64,000 nucleotides of DNA from Yuukianura sp. NJ FZ-2021 (Eukaryota), in NCBI GenBank assembly GCA_046563655.1, contig CM102290.1, positions 5,456,001 to 5,520,000 of the forward strand. The letters are read 5' to 3'. Both the position numbers and the translations under genes were made by a program. Shown here piece by piece: positions 47,159 to 61,300 of the stretch. Below the pieces are notes generated by a model. That model was not told the DNA's origin. It ran no database searches and was given only the letters and a program-made list of their open reading frames with translations. How positions within the stretch are numbered: the stretch's first letter is position 1; every line of letters begins with the position of its first letter.

Positions 47159-47412
47159 CAAGGTTCCTTGACAACGAAATTATTTTCTTTAACAGGTTTG
47201 GTACTACCTCACTTGTTGACAAAAAAACGAAGAAAAACAAAAAATTAGTACAAATCCACAAAATTGGTACGAATTCGTATGCAAAATTGAAAAAAATTGG
47301 CTGTAATGTCATGACTACGATGCCCCAAGTGAAGAGAAACTCTTTTGTTCAAACTCGTAAAAATATGAGGTATTATTACCTGTTAAAGAAAATCAAAAGT
47401 CAACAAACCTTG
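47159..47412. mobile_element. CAAGG-family MITE
   Basis: Colinear with the 11932 copy; 8-bp flanks CCATCAAC/CCCCCAAC. Confidence 0.9.
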
Positions 47413-49845
47413 CCCCCAACCCCCTCGATGGGGGTGAGAACTTGTGTTGTTACTCGTTTTTAGATTTTTAGATTAATGTCAATTTATTGTTAACTTTTGA
47501 GGAAACGATTCTTCAAAAATTAGATTTTAGACTTCCAAAAAAATTTGGAAAAAAGAAGAAATTATCCAAAATACTCACACTTCCATCTCGTTTACTCTCG
47601 TTTTTATGGAATATACAAAGTACTCTGATGTATAAAAAGAAAAACGTACTTATAAAGACTTGGAGAAATAAAAAAAAGCGCCAGTGAGATTCGAACTCGC
47701 AACTTCCTTTTCATCTTCATTTTGAGTCCGTTTGGAAGTAGTGGCATAAGGCTTGGTCAGTATTCACATTTCTCATGAATTCAAATTGGAATGAAGGGGA
47801 AATATTTTTCAAAAAAAGTGGTACTATCAAAATTTTATTTTTCAAAAAAAAGTTGAAAATGCGGGAGAAAAGTGAGATTCATGGAGAAAGCTGGAGACTG
47901 GACTTCACCCCTCATCATCTTTGTATTCAGAGGAGTGACAAGGAAAACACAAGTTTCCATCTTACTCCAAACGGAATTGGATTATGAATATTTGAACAAA
48001 ACTGACCCGCCAAAAAAAAAATTCAAAATTCAAACAGCTTTTCAAATGTGACTCTCAATGGAAATGGATCACCCTAAACCTCTGACCGCCATGATTCCAC
48101 ATTCTGCATGAGCCAAATTACAAAATTTCTTCGTTTTTGTCAAAAAAGTTTACTTTTACAAAAATTTAGTTTTAAAATTAGGTTTGTTAGGTTAATGTTT
48201 GCTTATGCAGCACTGCAGCTCTTTTTCCAGGGTGCGACTAAATTTGGGAAAAGCGGAAAGTCTGAATTCTTTTGTGTTGAAATTTACAACCCCAATGGGG
48301 AAAGGTTGAAAGATATTCGTCAGATCGGGATTCAAAAAGGACTCGCACGGACCATAAATACTCATTTCCAGGGACACAGAAGAGGAACAACCTAACGCAA
48401 GTTAGGCTAACAACCTAACCATGGAACAACCTTGTTCAAGCCCAGTTGTCACCCGCCAAAATACGAACAAGAAGAACACGGTTTCCAGGCACCAGACGTC
48501 GCAAAGAACCCAGAAGACAGGTAAAACACTCTGTCACTTCAGAATTTGAAAGTTGTGGTGCCATTAAGAATAGAAAAGGAGTTTGGCACGTGGAGCAAGG
48601 TAGCCTAGTGGTCGGTGATTCGGGGATTGAAAAATGGGACGGAGGCACTAATCCCACCGAAGGGAATTTTTTTTTGAAATAAGCGGGATGAGGATTATGA
48701 TTAAGGGGCTATTGGACGTGTCACGGGCCCTTGGGCTGCGGATTCCAAAAGTCGGCTGGACTTGATTGAGTTGAGGGATGATGATGATTGGGGGAGTGAG
48801 GGGGGCCCTGCGAAGGGCCAGATAAAGTGCCCCCAGTTTCCTTTATGGGTTTCTAATAAGAGGAGAAATGACCAAGGCAGTTAGATAAGAGCAGAGACGG
48901 CGGAAACTGCGGCCAAAACGAAAACCAGAGTCGCTGGGCCTTATTTTTCTTCCTATTTTGTTGGAAGGGGCCGTCGATCATAAAAGAAGAAGCGATTCCT
49001 TGTGGGGCTTCTTATCTCTGACATTCTATCATTTCCCTAATAATTCACATCAACTTTCTCTCTCCGGCCACGGGCCAACTTCCTTTCTTCCTGGCCTTAA
49101 GTACCCCCCGCCCTAACTCCAAGTACCCCCCAACTTTGGACAAAGTACCCGGCCAGGGTCCATCCCAAGTTCAAACGGGAAATTAAGTTGACTTTTGGGC
49201 CAATTCAAAACTTTTGAACATTTGAGCCAAATTTGAGGGAAATCCTAACTTTCCTTTTGACTTTCCTTTTGGCCCATAACTGGAAATGGGGGCTTCGTAA
49301 TATTGTTATTGCATATTCCAGGATTTCCTTTATCTTTTACTCTCTCTCAAGACTACGTTTTATTGTCTACTTTTTTCAAAAAATAAAGTTTTTGAACAAC
49401 AAAAATAAAATGTTGAACTTTTTTGAGCTGATTCACAGTGACATGAGTAGGATGAAAGTTTTGTGGAATTAAATTGCCAAAAGTAATTAGGTTTGTGGAG
49501 TAGAGTGGATTTGGTGAAGTTTGTCCAGTGGGGTGGTGGGGGGTTCGGAAGAAGAGGAGTGGGGTGGGGGTGTGATAGGATCTAAATTGAATGGTGGTGG
49601 AGGGGGACTGAGAGTTGCTTGCGGTTATAATATAATAATGTGGCTCTGAATAAGCTTATCTGATCATTCCATGCAGCCAAAATCCACCCGAGCTTCTTTT
49701 GAGCACCCAGATTAACTTCCATAATTTTATCCAAATGAATAGCTACTCGTCACTCACTCTCCCAAATAACACAACTTAATCCAAACACTTTCACTAACCT
49801 AACACAAACAAAGTTCCCAAAAGCCTAACCTTAGTCAGTCGTAAT

Positions 49846-50114
49846 CAAGGTTCCTTTACAACTAAAAGTTAGTTTTTTAACAGGTTGGGTACTACACGTC
49901 GCTTGTTGACAAAAAAACGAAAACAAGAAAATAGTACCAATTTAGTACAATCCGAAAAATTGGTACTTAATTCGAATGCAAAATTAAAAAAAAAAATGGC
50001 TGTATTGTTATGACTACGATGCACAGAAATGAAAGGATACTTTTTCTTGCAAAATCAAAAAAACATGAGGTATTACCCAACCTGTTAAAGAAAATCACAA
50101 TTCAAAAAACCTTG
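49846..50114. mobile_element. CAAGG-family MITE
   Basis: Colinear with the 11932 copy; 8-bp TSD GTCGTAAT/GTTGTAAT. Confidence 0.92.
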
Positions 50115-53100
50115 GTTGTAATTGAGAACTAACAAAATGACGGTTGAAGTGAGCCTGACTGCGGAGCTTTTTGTCCAGAGTTGTGACTGTTTTTAAAAAG
50201 CGGTTGCGGTTGAAGTTGGTTTTGTATCCAGAGCACGCTCTCCAAAATACTTTTGAATTTGAGTTTAAATTGAGGATTTGTCTATTCAGAACCCTTGTTT
50301 CCATTAGGTTAGGCCTAAGTTACGTTGTTTCATGTTTCTTATTTCTGCCGTCTGATGTATATTAAGATGAGCATCAGTCATTCCACGCACATCCCAGCTC
50401 CCATTTCCCAACAACCAACAAAGAACTTACAACCTTAAGACAAACACAAGGAATCACCATAATTTACAACCCACCGAGCCCCACCATCTCTCTGCCCCAC
50501 CACCTCCACCGTGGGAGTTGGCGGGGGAAAGTGGAGGGGGCCTTGGAGGGCTCTAAACTCTCCTCCCTCTGATTACTTTCATATTCCAAGTCCAACTTCA
50601 TAAATTCCTCGAGTGATTTATGATCATCTCGAATTGTGAAACAAAATTTGGCCTCTTTTTCAAATGTCGCTTACGTTAGCATAATGTATCCATCACAAGG
50701 TGGCTCAAACGGTGGGATTTAGCCACCAGAAAAAGAAAAAGCCGAGCCACCAAGCCACTTGAGCCCCACCACCAACCGTGGTTTTTCTCAAATAATCTCC
50801 TAAACAATACAAATCTTACAAAAGAGAAAGTTAACCTTGGAGGATTTCTGAAATTTTATTTTCTTTGCACAAAAGAATTTCAAGTCATTTCAAAAAAATC
50901 ATTACCAAGAATTTTTTTTAAATTATACTTTGTAAAACCGCAGTTTTTTTCAAAATTACTTTACAAGAACAGATTTTTTTCAGAGAAAGTGAGAAGATGG
51001 AGAGAAAGTGTTTGGGATGAATAGGAAGCGGGAAATGGAGAGTTTGAGAGATTTGGTTGTGGGGTGGGTTTTGGTGGGGCTGATGGTGGGGCTTCTGTTG
51101 TTGTGTGGAAGTAATCCGGGGGAGGAAGTGACGGTGGGGGTTTTGGCGGGAGATAAACGATGAGATGAGGAGGGGAATGATGATTCTTTGTGTGGAGAAA
51201 GAGCCTCTTCCTTAACTGACTTTCGCTTCATCAATGCAACGACGAAGGTAATCGAGCATACGAACGACAATCCAGCACAAACCCACCTCCAAATTACCCC
51301 ACCAAATGCCAACTCCATTAATCCACCCACCACTCCATTTCACAAACACAATCACATCCATCAACTTAGTCAAACCACCACAACTTTCACTCTATTCAAT
51401 TAACTAACCTAATCTGAAAAAAAATTCAAAAAGTTATTCAAATTTTTTAACTTCACTCCAAATTTTGAAAAAAGTCTAACCTGAAAATAAGCCTGAATTT
51501 ACAAATTCTAGCTAATCCGAAATTAAACCGGATTTTCAAAATCCGGGATTTTCGATGAAGTGAAAGTAAAAGGGCCAGGATTCTTTTCTGAAATGTTGAA
51601 AATTTAGAAAATTTTTAAAATTTTGGCGCCGAGGTATTGTTGAAATTTGCAAATTTAGAAGGGGGGTGCGTTTTTGAGTTTTTTGAGGGGGGCCTTGAAG
51701 TGCCTGTTTATAAATGGCCTTGAGACTGTAATTAGTTGGGAAGTGCTTGTGCTGGAGCAGGTGTGGATTACGACTAGGATTATCTCTGCTTATTTGCATA
51801 GTTTCCAATCTATTCCCCATTAGTAGTCCCACCCTATCTCCCACGGACCCACCACCAGGCGCAACACGGGCCCCACCACGTCCCTCCTGCCCCACCACCA
51901 CTGTCACTTCCACATTGTCCCACTTTGAATTACACATTAGACGCTCTATTATTTCCAACATCCGCTCCAAACTCAAAACTTTCTCCCGCCACAATCAAAA
52001 CTTTCTCAACTTTGAATCCAAATGGGCCCAAAGTATTTCCAGCAGTTGTCACAGACCGTTTCACTCCAAACTTTCAAAAAATTTCAAAAAAAATTTCCCA
52101 CTCAAAATTCAAAACATAAATCAAACCGAAAAGCATTTTTTTTAATGAGTCTTTACTTTTTAAATGTCCCCCAAAAATCAGTTACTGTCAAAATGCCAAC
52201 GGAATTGACACTTTCTGTAAAAAAGCAACGAAGCATACCAATTCAAACAAAAAAAAAACTAAAAAAAAAATGTTAAAAAAAATCTTTCTTTTTTTTTGAA
52301 AAATTGAATTTTTTTAATGAAATTTATGTCATACGGACTGTCACTCTCTGAAAAAAAGAATTCAGAAAACTATCTCACCCAATTTTTTCTTTTCTCTTTT
52401 TTGTAAAAAAAAAAAGTTTAAAACTGAGGAACATTTTGAGAGTTTGGACAGGTAGCGATAGTAAGTGTTGGGAGAGAGGGGGGGGGGTGTAAATGTTGAA
52501 GGGGGGGTTGCGGAAGTGAAAGTTAGGTGGGGGGGGGGGGTCGGGTGAAAGCGGAAGAAGCCCTTGTGTCCACGTAGTAATGTTGGGTCTTAGAGACTCA
52601 ATTCAATTTGAGAAACCTAACAAAATATTGTCCATTCGGAATTACTTTGTGCTCTCTCTTGGACTTTTTAGAGAGAGAAAAAAGAGAAAGAGAGAGGAAA
52701 AGTTCAATTTGAGTTGGATTGGAGGGAGTAACTTTGAGAAGGAAATTATGAACTGATGATTTATATTATACCATTTAAACCTCTTTCTTCCTTCTTCTAT
52801 GAAACTCAAAATTACATTTTCTCATCCTTCCTTCTGTCCACCAATCCAATCTAATTTCAACAAAGAGCTTTTCTAATGGACCACAGTGTGTCTTCTGGAA
52901 GTCCCTTGGAAGGGGGAGGCCCTTGGCAAAGGGGTCCCTTAGAGCGTGTGAACTGGCAGTGAAGGGTCGGTTTCAGTTTGGCTTTTGGCAACTGTCGCAC
53001 AGATTAAATGATTCCTGCTAAAATCCTTTTGAGATGAAAGCTCTATGGGGGGAAAAGAGTGGGAAAATACAAACAATGGAAATGACACACGTAACCCCCC

Positions 53101-54964
53101 CCCCCCATGTCAATCCCATCACACTTTCAAAAAATCAAGGTCAGAGGTCACATGACTTGAATGGTTTGATTTGATTGGCTGAGAGTAAGAGGGGGGGGGG
53201 GGTAAAGAGATGGGGGGGGGGTTCCGTGGCGGCGGGTGATGGAGGGAGATAAGGTGGATTTGTGGGAAATAATTCGAGAAGTGGAGTTTGAGAAAGAAAG
53301 AAAGTTTTGGTCGTTTTGAAAGTTGCTGGGGGGGGGGTCTGGGAGGGGGGGGGGGTTGCGGATGGAGTCATTACTCTCTGCGTCTAATTGTGTTTCTGGG
53401 GGTGGTAGGAAAACAAATTATAAGTTAGAAGCTCATTTTCTCCAGCAATTACCTCCTGGTCCCCTCAGCTGACTTTAGTTGTGGAAGTTGAGTCTGGAGT
53501 TTCCGTCTTATCAGGGGAATGGTCTGTTCTGGAGAAAGCGAGAAGCCTAATGGCTGCCTAGCCTCGCGGCCAGTTGGCGTAATAGACTTCCACTTTAAGT
53601 GCACCTCGGTGAATCGTTTCATTGTCCCAACTCATCAAAATCATTACGAACTTCATTACAACAAGCCCCATCAACCCACAATAACACCAAAACGCCACTT
53701 ACACTCAAATCTAACTTAACTTTTACGTTTTCATTTAAATTTAATCACATTTAAATATCTCAACTCTAGAATCCAAATTTAAATGAATTTGCAACATTTT
53801 TATAATTTATAATTTTATAATTTTTGTGTTTTGGAAAGTTTTCATCGTTGTTCGTACTTTTTCGATTGTAAAAATTGTTGCTGTGTTTCTCGGTTTTTTT
53901 TAATTGTAAAATGGAATTAGGTTATGTTTTAGTTTATGCGTCGTGTATAGTTTTCTAACCTGACAAGGAGAAAGTAATTGTGAGAGTGGAGTCTGACAGA
54001 CTCCATTCTCTGTCCATTTAGTTTTTTTATGGAAAAGGAATTAAGGAGAAAGTGGAAGAGAAAGTGCCTTGGGCCCTTTGGCCAATCGATTCTCAAATGA
54101 TTTTCATAAGGTTTTGGACCAGTTGAGCAAATAATTTAGTTACTCCCTTCAGTTGATTCAAAGTGGTCCACAATACATTATGTTAACATAACCTTCACCA
54201 CAAACACTCCCGTGTCAACGTGAATCATGCCAAGTGCACAAGTCTCCACTGGAGGTCTTTGTCTCCACACAATCACACAAAACTAACTTCATTAATTAAT
54301 AGAAACCGTCTCCCTCGCCTCTCCTCAACGAATGGGCTACACTAATCCTCAACAAAGTCACATTTCATCTTCTATCAAACAATTTTGGATTAAAATGTCA
54401 ATGTGAATTGGCTAAATGTTAAACCGTATTGCGTTAAAATTTTAACATATCAGATTTTATGTAGAGTTAAAAAATTTGCTCAAAAGTGAAAGGCCGAAAA
54501 TTTCAAAAATGGAAACTCCGAAAACACAACTACTCAAAATGTATTTTTTTTTTTTACAAATTATTTAACTTTAGAATTTTTTAGCTTATAGATAATTTGG
54601 AGCTAATTTTTACATTTGCGACCTCGTGACTTTTTGTCCAAATTAGTTTGTCCAAATTTATTTGACCAAATTATTTTGACCAAATAATTTTGAACAAATA
54701 ATTTTGACCAAATTATTTGAGTGTAGTACATTCAGATGTTAGGAAATGTTGGGTTTAGAGTGATGGATGTCTAGTACAGATAGTTTATTGTTTCTAATTA
54801 GCCCCAAAAAGGGGGGTTGAGGGGGGGGGCAGCAGTCGCCCATTTGATAAGATTGGTGCTTAATTCCGCTGGCTTTAGTTGGTGGCGTATACAGAGTAAT
54901 TGGGTTGAGTAACAAACGGGGGGAATGAAGGGGGTACTTAAGTCGTATACAGAGACAGTCTGCG

Positions 54965-57900
54965 TCAGTTGTAGTCTGCGTCCATGCGGATGCCCGAGTC
55001 AGGACTTCCGTAGCCACAAGCACCTTCGTCTGCGTTGTTGTTCGGGAGGTTATTGTTGGGGAGGGGGAATGTCTTCATCCGAACCCCTCCACCCACTTTG
55101 TCCAGCAGGAGATTGTCTTGTGGGGGGAGATGACCTTCAGGGGAGTGTTCAAGGTCAAGGGCCCCTGGGGGTCTCGTTTGATTGTACGGTTGGTAGGGCT
55201 GACTGTGGGGGTCCTCTCCAGAGCTCCCGGACTAAAATTCAGAACAAAATTTTAGTTAAAATTTAAAAAAAAAATTATTATTATTTTATATTTGAATTTT
55301 TTGCTTGGGAAAATTCCTGACCTGGCTGACTTGCCTTCGGAGTAAAGCGAGGTTCGGACTGTGGGCCATTTGCTTGAAGATCATTCTCTCCTGATGGTCG
55401 TACTCACAGAGGATCTTTGTGTTTTCAATGTAGTACCTGGATTAGGGTGTTAATTAGTTGATTAATTGAGTTGATTAATTAAAAGGTGTGACTTTTCAAT
55501 TAGTGTGTCTCACCTGTCCCCAACACAGAAGCGGTAGTTGCAGAGAGAGCATGAGAAACAATTAAGGTGGAACACAAGGCTGGGTTTTGCTGATCGCATG
55601 ACGAATTCATAAGGTTGGATTTCCTTGTTGCAGGCGGAACAGAACCCAGAACTCCCGAACATTCTGCAAAAAAGTAATCAAACGAATTAATCAACTCCAA
55701 TTCTACACAAACAAACAACTTTCGCACTCAAAAGTACAGAGCTGCCCTCCGAAAACGCAAAACGAAAGTGCACAACTCTAAAATACTTTCTCTTTTTACT
55801 CAAAACTTAAAAGAACCATGTAGGACGTTGGAAATTAAAAATACAACGTGGAAAAAAAGAACGAACCGAGTGGGACTTGAACCCACATCTTTCAATCGAA
55901 GATGAGCTCTAACCATTGAGCTATCAGGCTCTAATCAAACGTTGTTGCATTTCACTTGCGTTTCCGACGTTTCCGAGGAATCGTCTGTCCATTTTTAGAG
56001 CTGGATGCTCTGTGTGGTTTTTGTGAGAGAAACAATGGGGATTTACATAGTAATTGGTGGGGATTTTGAATTGAATTTGGCTCTGCACTTTCCATTTTGG
56101 AGTAAAAAGCGGGAGAAAGTGGGTTTTGAGCTGGTTTTGACATGTTGAGTTATTGTGCCCTCACTTTTTTCAATTAGTTTTGTTTACGTTCCGTAAAAAT
56201 GGTAGTTTTTGGGTATGGCGGGAGTTTTAATGAAAGAATAATAATAATTAAGCTCTTTACAGCTTGATGAATCCCCCTCCAACACTCATTTTTCTCAAAC
56301 TAATTCAACACAGTCTCCAATTCCCCCAACAACTTTCTCCTCCTAAGCCCCTAATATTTACATTTTTAATTACCAGCCTCCCGACCCCCTCCTCCTCCCT
56401 TCACTCCCGAATTCAATTACAAAGCTACTGTGTCGTAAAAACATAAATTTAGTAAAACCTTAAAATTTTTAAAAACTTAAAACCGTAAATTATTGCAAAA
56501 ACGTAATAACTATAAAAAAAAAAGTAGAATCGTACCCATTTTAAAAATCGGAAAATTGTAAACCGGAAATAAATAGTAAAATAGTAAATAAATAAAACCG
56601 TCGATCTGGGAAATTCTAAATGCTGCCGTAAAACGGTAAATCCGGGAACGAAATTTTGTAACCCGGGAAATATTGTAAACCGGGAAATATTGTATGTGCA
56701 TAAAATCGTAAAAGTGAGTGTATTTGAAGTTTTACGGTAAAGTACCTGAGATAATCTCTGCGACATAGGATGAGTCCTGCTTTGAAGTAGAGGGAAGAAC
56801 CGAGTTCGCCTAATTTGGCAGAACAGCAGTTGCATGTGAGGCAGTCGGCGTGGAAGAGTTTGTCCATGGACTTGAGTAGGAACTTATCCTTGATGCTTTT
56901 ACCACACCTTATTACAAATTAATTAATAATTATTCATTAATTAACACTTTCATCTTTAATTACTTTCAACTAACCCTGCACATTCGTTTGAGGACTGAGG
57001 GGGTCCTGTCACTCCGACGCTGTCTCCACTCGACATCTCTCCGTTCGTGATGCCCGTCTCTGCAAAGAGTAGAGATTAGTTTCCTTTTGTTTTTGCCCAT
57101 CTCTGACACCAAAGTGGGCCTCAAATGCCCAGTTCTGGCAGTGATAAGGGTCCACACCGGAAATGGGCCGGAGGCTCACAGTCTCATTGATACTAAAAGG
57201 CAATATCCGCTCTAGACAACTCAATCTCGCGCCACAGCTAGGCTTGGTCACGTGGACAGAGTTGTGGACGCACAAGATGGGAGCGTGGGATCGAATCCTG
57301 CAAAAAGAATGATTCGGAATGTCTTTTTTTTGTGTGGGGGGATGTCCTTGAGAAATCAGGGGGTTAATGCGATTAAGTTGTCTTGGACTCTTTTTTTTAT
57401 TGGAAAAGTGATCTCGTCCACCTCAGTGTCTTTATTGCCTCCCGCCAAACTTTGAAACTTCAAAATTGTTTTGTCTTTGGGAGAAAGCATGGAGAAAAGA
57501 GTCTATTCAGGGTTCGTAAACAAAAAAAAAAGGTTTTTTTCTAAACCAGAGGAAAATTGGGGGGAAAATTATTTGAAGTAAAATTTTTGCAAACCCTGAG
57601 TTGTTGGACAACCTGTTGTAGGAAATGCAATTCGGTTGTCAAGGAACCTTGGAGTCCATACAGACTGCCCCCCCCCCACTAAGTCTTCATTAGGAATTGA
57701 GCAGGATGACAAATGTGGTGGGGGGGGGGTTGTAAATTGGTGGGATTCCGGAGTAAATTGGTGGTTGAGGATGGGAAATGAGTGTTATTTGTACCCGGAC
57801 CTTGTCCCACCAACTCCATTTCGTGTTCGGTGGGTGACAGGAGTGGGAAGGGGAGTTATCATGCCAATTAATCACATCACAATTGTCTTTCTCCTTCACT

Positions 57901-60900
57901 TTCTCCATTTAATTAACACTCTCCCTACTTTGTCTCTGCACGCATAACCTAACAGTAGCCTAACTCGAATAACATAACTTTATTTTAAACCAAAAACATA
58001 CAACAAAGTGAGTGAAAACTGTGATTTTACGGAGGAAAGCTCAAGTGCCCTTCAAAGTGAAATTTTCAGAGAAATTTTGAAATTTGGAGCAAGGAATGCG
58101 GTGTAGAATTCCGGCTGAAATTTGCGACTTCAAATGCGACTTTTCATGGGAGGGGGGGGGGGATCCTATTAATTAAAGAGTAGTTTGGGGGGGGGGGCTA
58201 CTTTCCGCCCCCTCAGAGGTGAAAATCTGAGGAATTTTGTTCATTACACACTCAACGCTCTTTGTTCCTCATAAACGAGAGTGGCCCACTGAGGAATGCC
58301 AGTTTCTACACACACTCAAAATCTCCCGCCAAAACACTTTTTAGCAACGGATTTCAAAAACAGGCATTTCAACTTGAAATTTTCAAGCCCAAATCAGTGA
58401 AATCCGACGCTTCTGGCGAAAAGGTAGACTAAAATTTCAAACTGACTAAAACATTTTTTAAACTGATACTAAAAACTATGACTTTTCAGTAGTTTCAAGG
58501 TCAAAGGTCAGATTATGTTTGTACTTGAAAAAATGTTGGATTATAAAAAAAAATGTTAGTGTATGAAAAAATGTTGTTATGAAATTTTAAGTGAGGTTGA
58601 GATTGAAATTGAATGAGGGGGAATTAGTTTGAAGTCCTCTGTGACCTGGGCAGAACTGGAGATTAATTGGACTAAAACTCTAGAGACAGAAATTAACATG
58701 GTTAAGGGGGAACGGTGATTAAAAAATTAATTTTTCATGGACCCACCAGTCCCACCACAACATGCCCCACCACGACTTTCTCTACCCCCCCCCCTTCTCT
58801 GAACCCCCACTCCCCCCTTTGGATTCACTTAATTAGGACCATGAAAGAGAAGGGGACTTGAGGATGTGTGGTCAGAATTAAAGTTTCACAACTTCAAAAA
58901 CTGGCGGGAGAAAGTAGAAGGAAAACTTCAAAGGGAAATCTCATTTTATGAAATACTTTCTCCAACTATTCCCTTGGCTTAAACTTCAAAAACTTACTTG
59001 AATTCCAAAAATTTTTTTTTTAAATTCTTACTTTTCAGAAAGCGAAACTCTGAGAATCCAAATTCCGGATTTGTGTTTTGTAAACAAATCTCACCAATTC
59101 AATTCAAGAGGTGAGGTTTTATCTGAGTTTCAAAATTTTGAATTTCCTTTAACCCGGGAACTTTTGAACTGATTGGGCGATTGGATCTTTTCAAAACCGT
59201 TTTCGCTGATTTTGAATTTTTTCACGCTTTTTTTTCTCCTGCCGCTCCACTTACTTTATTACAAATCAATTTCTGATCCCATGTAGATTTCGTGCGCGTG
59301 AGTATTTATTAGTCGCATCTAAAACTGATATGGGTGAAAGTGATTTGTGTGCCAACTTTCAAATTTGAGTCTCCGTTTCCCGCTTTAGTGAAAGCGGCGA
59401 GTAAAGTATTAAAAGTGACAGGAAGAGAGAAAGTTTGTTGGGAGTGCTGACTAAGGTTTGTTTTTGGGCGGGAGAAAGCATTTTTCCCAAATCCCGCCTG
59501 ACGGAATGGAGTTAATCAAAAGTAAGCTTTTTGTGGACCCCCCCCCTCCTCCCAGGGGGAGGGGTTGGAGTGAGGGGGTGCCTATTAGGCTGCATTAACT
59601 GATTCGGATGTCTCTGTGGGTGAAGTGGGTTCCTTTGGAAGTTGGAGGGAGTAACTTTTCCATCTTGTGAGACTTGTATTAATGCAAAATCCATGTTACT
59701 TTCTAATTGAGAGAAAGTTGGTCCAAGAACTAAACGCACAAACTATTTTTGTTTTCTTCCAAAACTAGGGCGGAACACGACAAATGAATTAAAAGTAAAG
59801 TCGAGTCAGTCTCTCTAACTCATCATTATAAATTACTCAGACGCAACTACATCTTTAGTCACTTCACTTTCTCCAAAAAAATAAACAAAAATTTATACTT
59901 TTCAAGAAGCGAAAAAAATTTATACCTTTCAAAAAAAAACTGAGAAGATCAAGTATACAGCACATAAAATTCTCATATGTACAAAAATTAAAATTTTAGC
60001 TTTAAAAACATAAGTTTTGAAAAAATAAAATCCGAATCACAAGAAATTGGAAGCTCAACTTTGAAAAACGGAACAAATGAACGCTCTTGTTTGAAAATGT
60101 GAAAACTTTCGTTCAAAATAAGTCCAAGTTTTTTTCAGTTTTTTAAAACAAAGTTTTTTTTTCAGTTTTTTCTTTTAAAGTAAGCCCGCGGTATCTCATG
60201 AGGCGACTGAAATTTATTGGTGTCCGAAGTGACGATGGATCCTTTACGAGGCCACAAAGTCTGCTAAAGGTGAGTTTGATCCCTGGCTCTGCCGCTGCCC
60301 GTCTCTGGTGACCAGAGAAGCTTAGTGCCCACCTCTGCACAGCCCATCACTATCCCCTAATGCAAATAAATCTTCAGCACCTTTGATCTCCTCCTCCATC
60401 ACCATCTCCTACCATTACAATTTCACGTTGACCCCCAAATCCCCCTAACAAGCCCCCCACCCACTCCCTCCCCCTCCAAGGTTTATGGAAGAACAGGAGC
60501 ATAAATTTGGACGAATCCTTTTCATTAGGCCCCTTCTAATAGGTTCCCTTGAAAGTGAGATGTATGGGCAGGCTGAAGTGGGCTTGAGAGGGGGGGGGGG
60601 GTCTGAGAGGGGGGGGGGGTTGAGAGGGGGAGGCCAAGAAATGAAAATAAATTCCCCCGCCTTAATTCGAAACATGAATTTGCTCTCTTTGGGTCGAGAT
60701 CAGTAAACAGTATAATGCACTTTCGGAGCCAACTTTTTTGTGAATCTCCACTTTCACTTTGGAGCTTTCAGTCTGAGCTCTCTCCAAAGAGCTTGTCCAC
60801 TCCAGCTCCACTTAGCCTTCTACCTGTCCAAAAACAGTGAAACATACTTCCACCTTGTGCAAAGGAATCAATGGACCCTGTCATTGGCCCTTACACACAC

Positions 60901-61088
60901 ACAAATGGGCTCCCTTAAGTGCCCTAACCTTTCCCCGCCCCTTTTTCCTCTAAAACTTGTTGAGGGGTGACATTTGAGAGCTGAAAGGGAAAGTGGCATT
61001 TGCACAGAAAGTAATTAGAGGAGTTACCGTCAGAAGACGAACTGCTGCTGGAGTAGTGCACAGTTTGCCCCTTGTCTGGATTGTGCAT
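54965..61088 (-). CDS. Bx: LIM-domain-only protein, Beadex/LMO1-3 type (paralogue B)
   Basis: Exons 61088-61028 (MHNPDKGQ..., less certain), 57059-56975, 56907-56746, 55663-55514, 55436-55322, 55231-54965; all GT-AG and phase-consistent. CAGCGKSIKDKFLLKSMDKLFHADCLTCNCC...CRRDYLRMFGSSGFCSACNKEIQPYEFVMRSAKPSLVFHLNCFSCSLCNYRFCVGDRYYIENTKILCEYDHQERMIF...GYGSPDSG. Confidence 0.92.
55863..55931 (-). repeat. tRNA-like Pol III element (SINE head/pseudo-tRNA) in LMO-B intron
   Basis: GAGCCTGATAGCTCAATGGTTAGAGC (A box)...GGTTCAAGTCCCAC (B box) followed by a T-run; anticodon arm non-canonical. Confidence 0.7.
56440..56740. repeat. Degenerate AAACCGGGAAATATTGTA-type array in LMO-B intron
   Basis: Low-complexity tandem units. 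Confidence 0.65.
57508..57651. mobile_element. Short (internally deleted) CAAGG-family MITE
   Basis: CAGGGTTCGTAAAC...GTTGTCAAGGAACCTTG; flanks GAGTCTATT/GAGTCCATA. Confidence 0.82.
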
Positions 61089-61300
61089 TTCGGAAAACCG
61101 GGAATTACCCGGGTAATACCCGCCTCACGACAACAGGAACCTGTGAGACAAACCAGAGTCAATTAGCAAACAACTTTCCCCGAAATACTTCCAAGTACAG
61201 ACCAAATTTCTTTAAGAACTGTCACTATTTTACTAAAAGGTTTCTCTTTTTGAATCTTTAGAAAGTTGAAACATTTTAGCACCGAAATTCAGTTTCGGTG

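Noticed and set aside
48231..48520. Exon-like segment (tttccag... accATGGAACAA...GACAG|gtaaa) downstream of LMO-A
   Set aside because: Could be an alternative LMO-A last exon or a separate first exon, but there is no homology and no partner exon.
55863..55931. Functional tRNA gene
   Set aside because: Acceptor stem is bulged and there is no canonical anticodon arm or variable loop.
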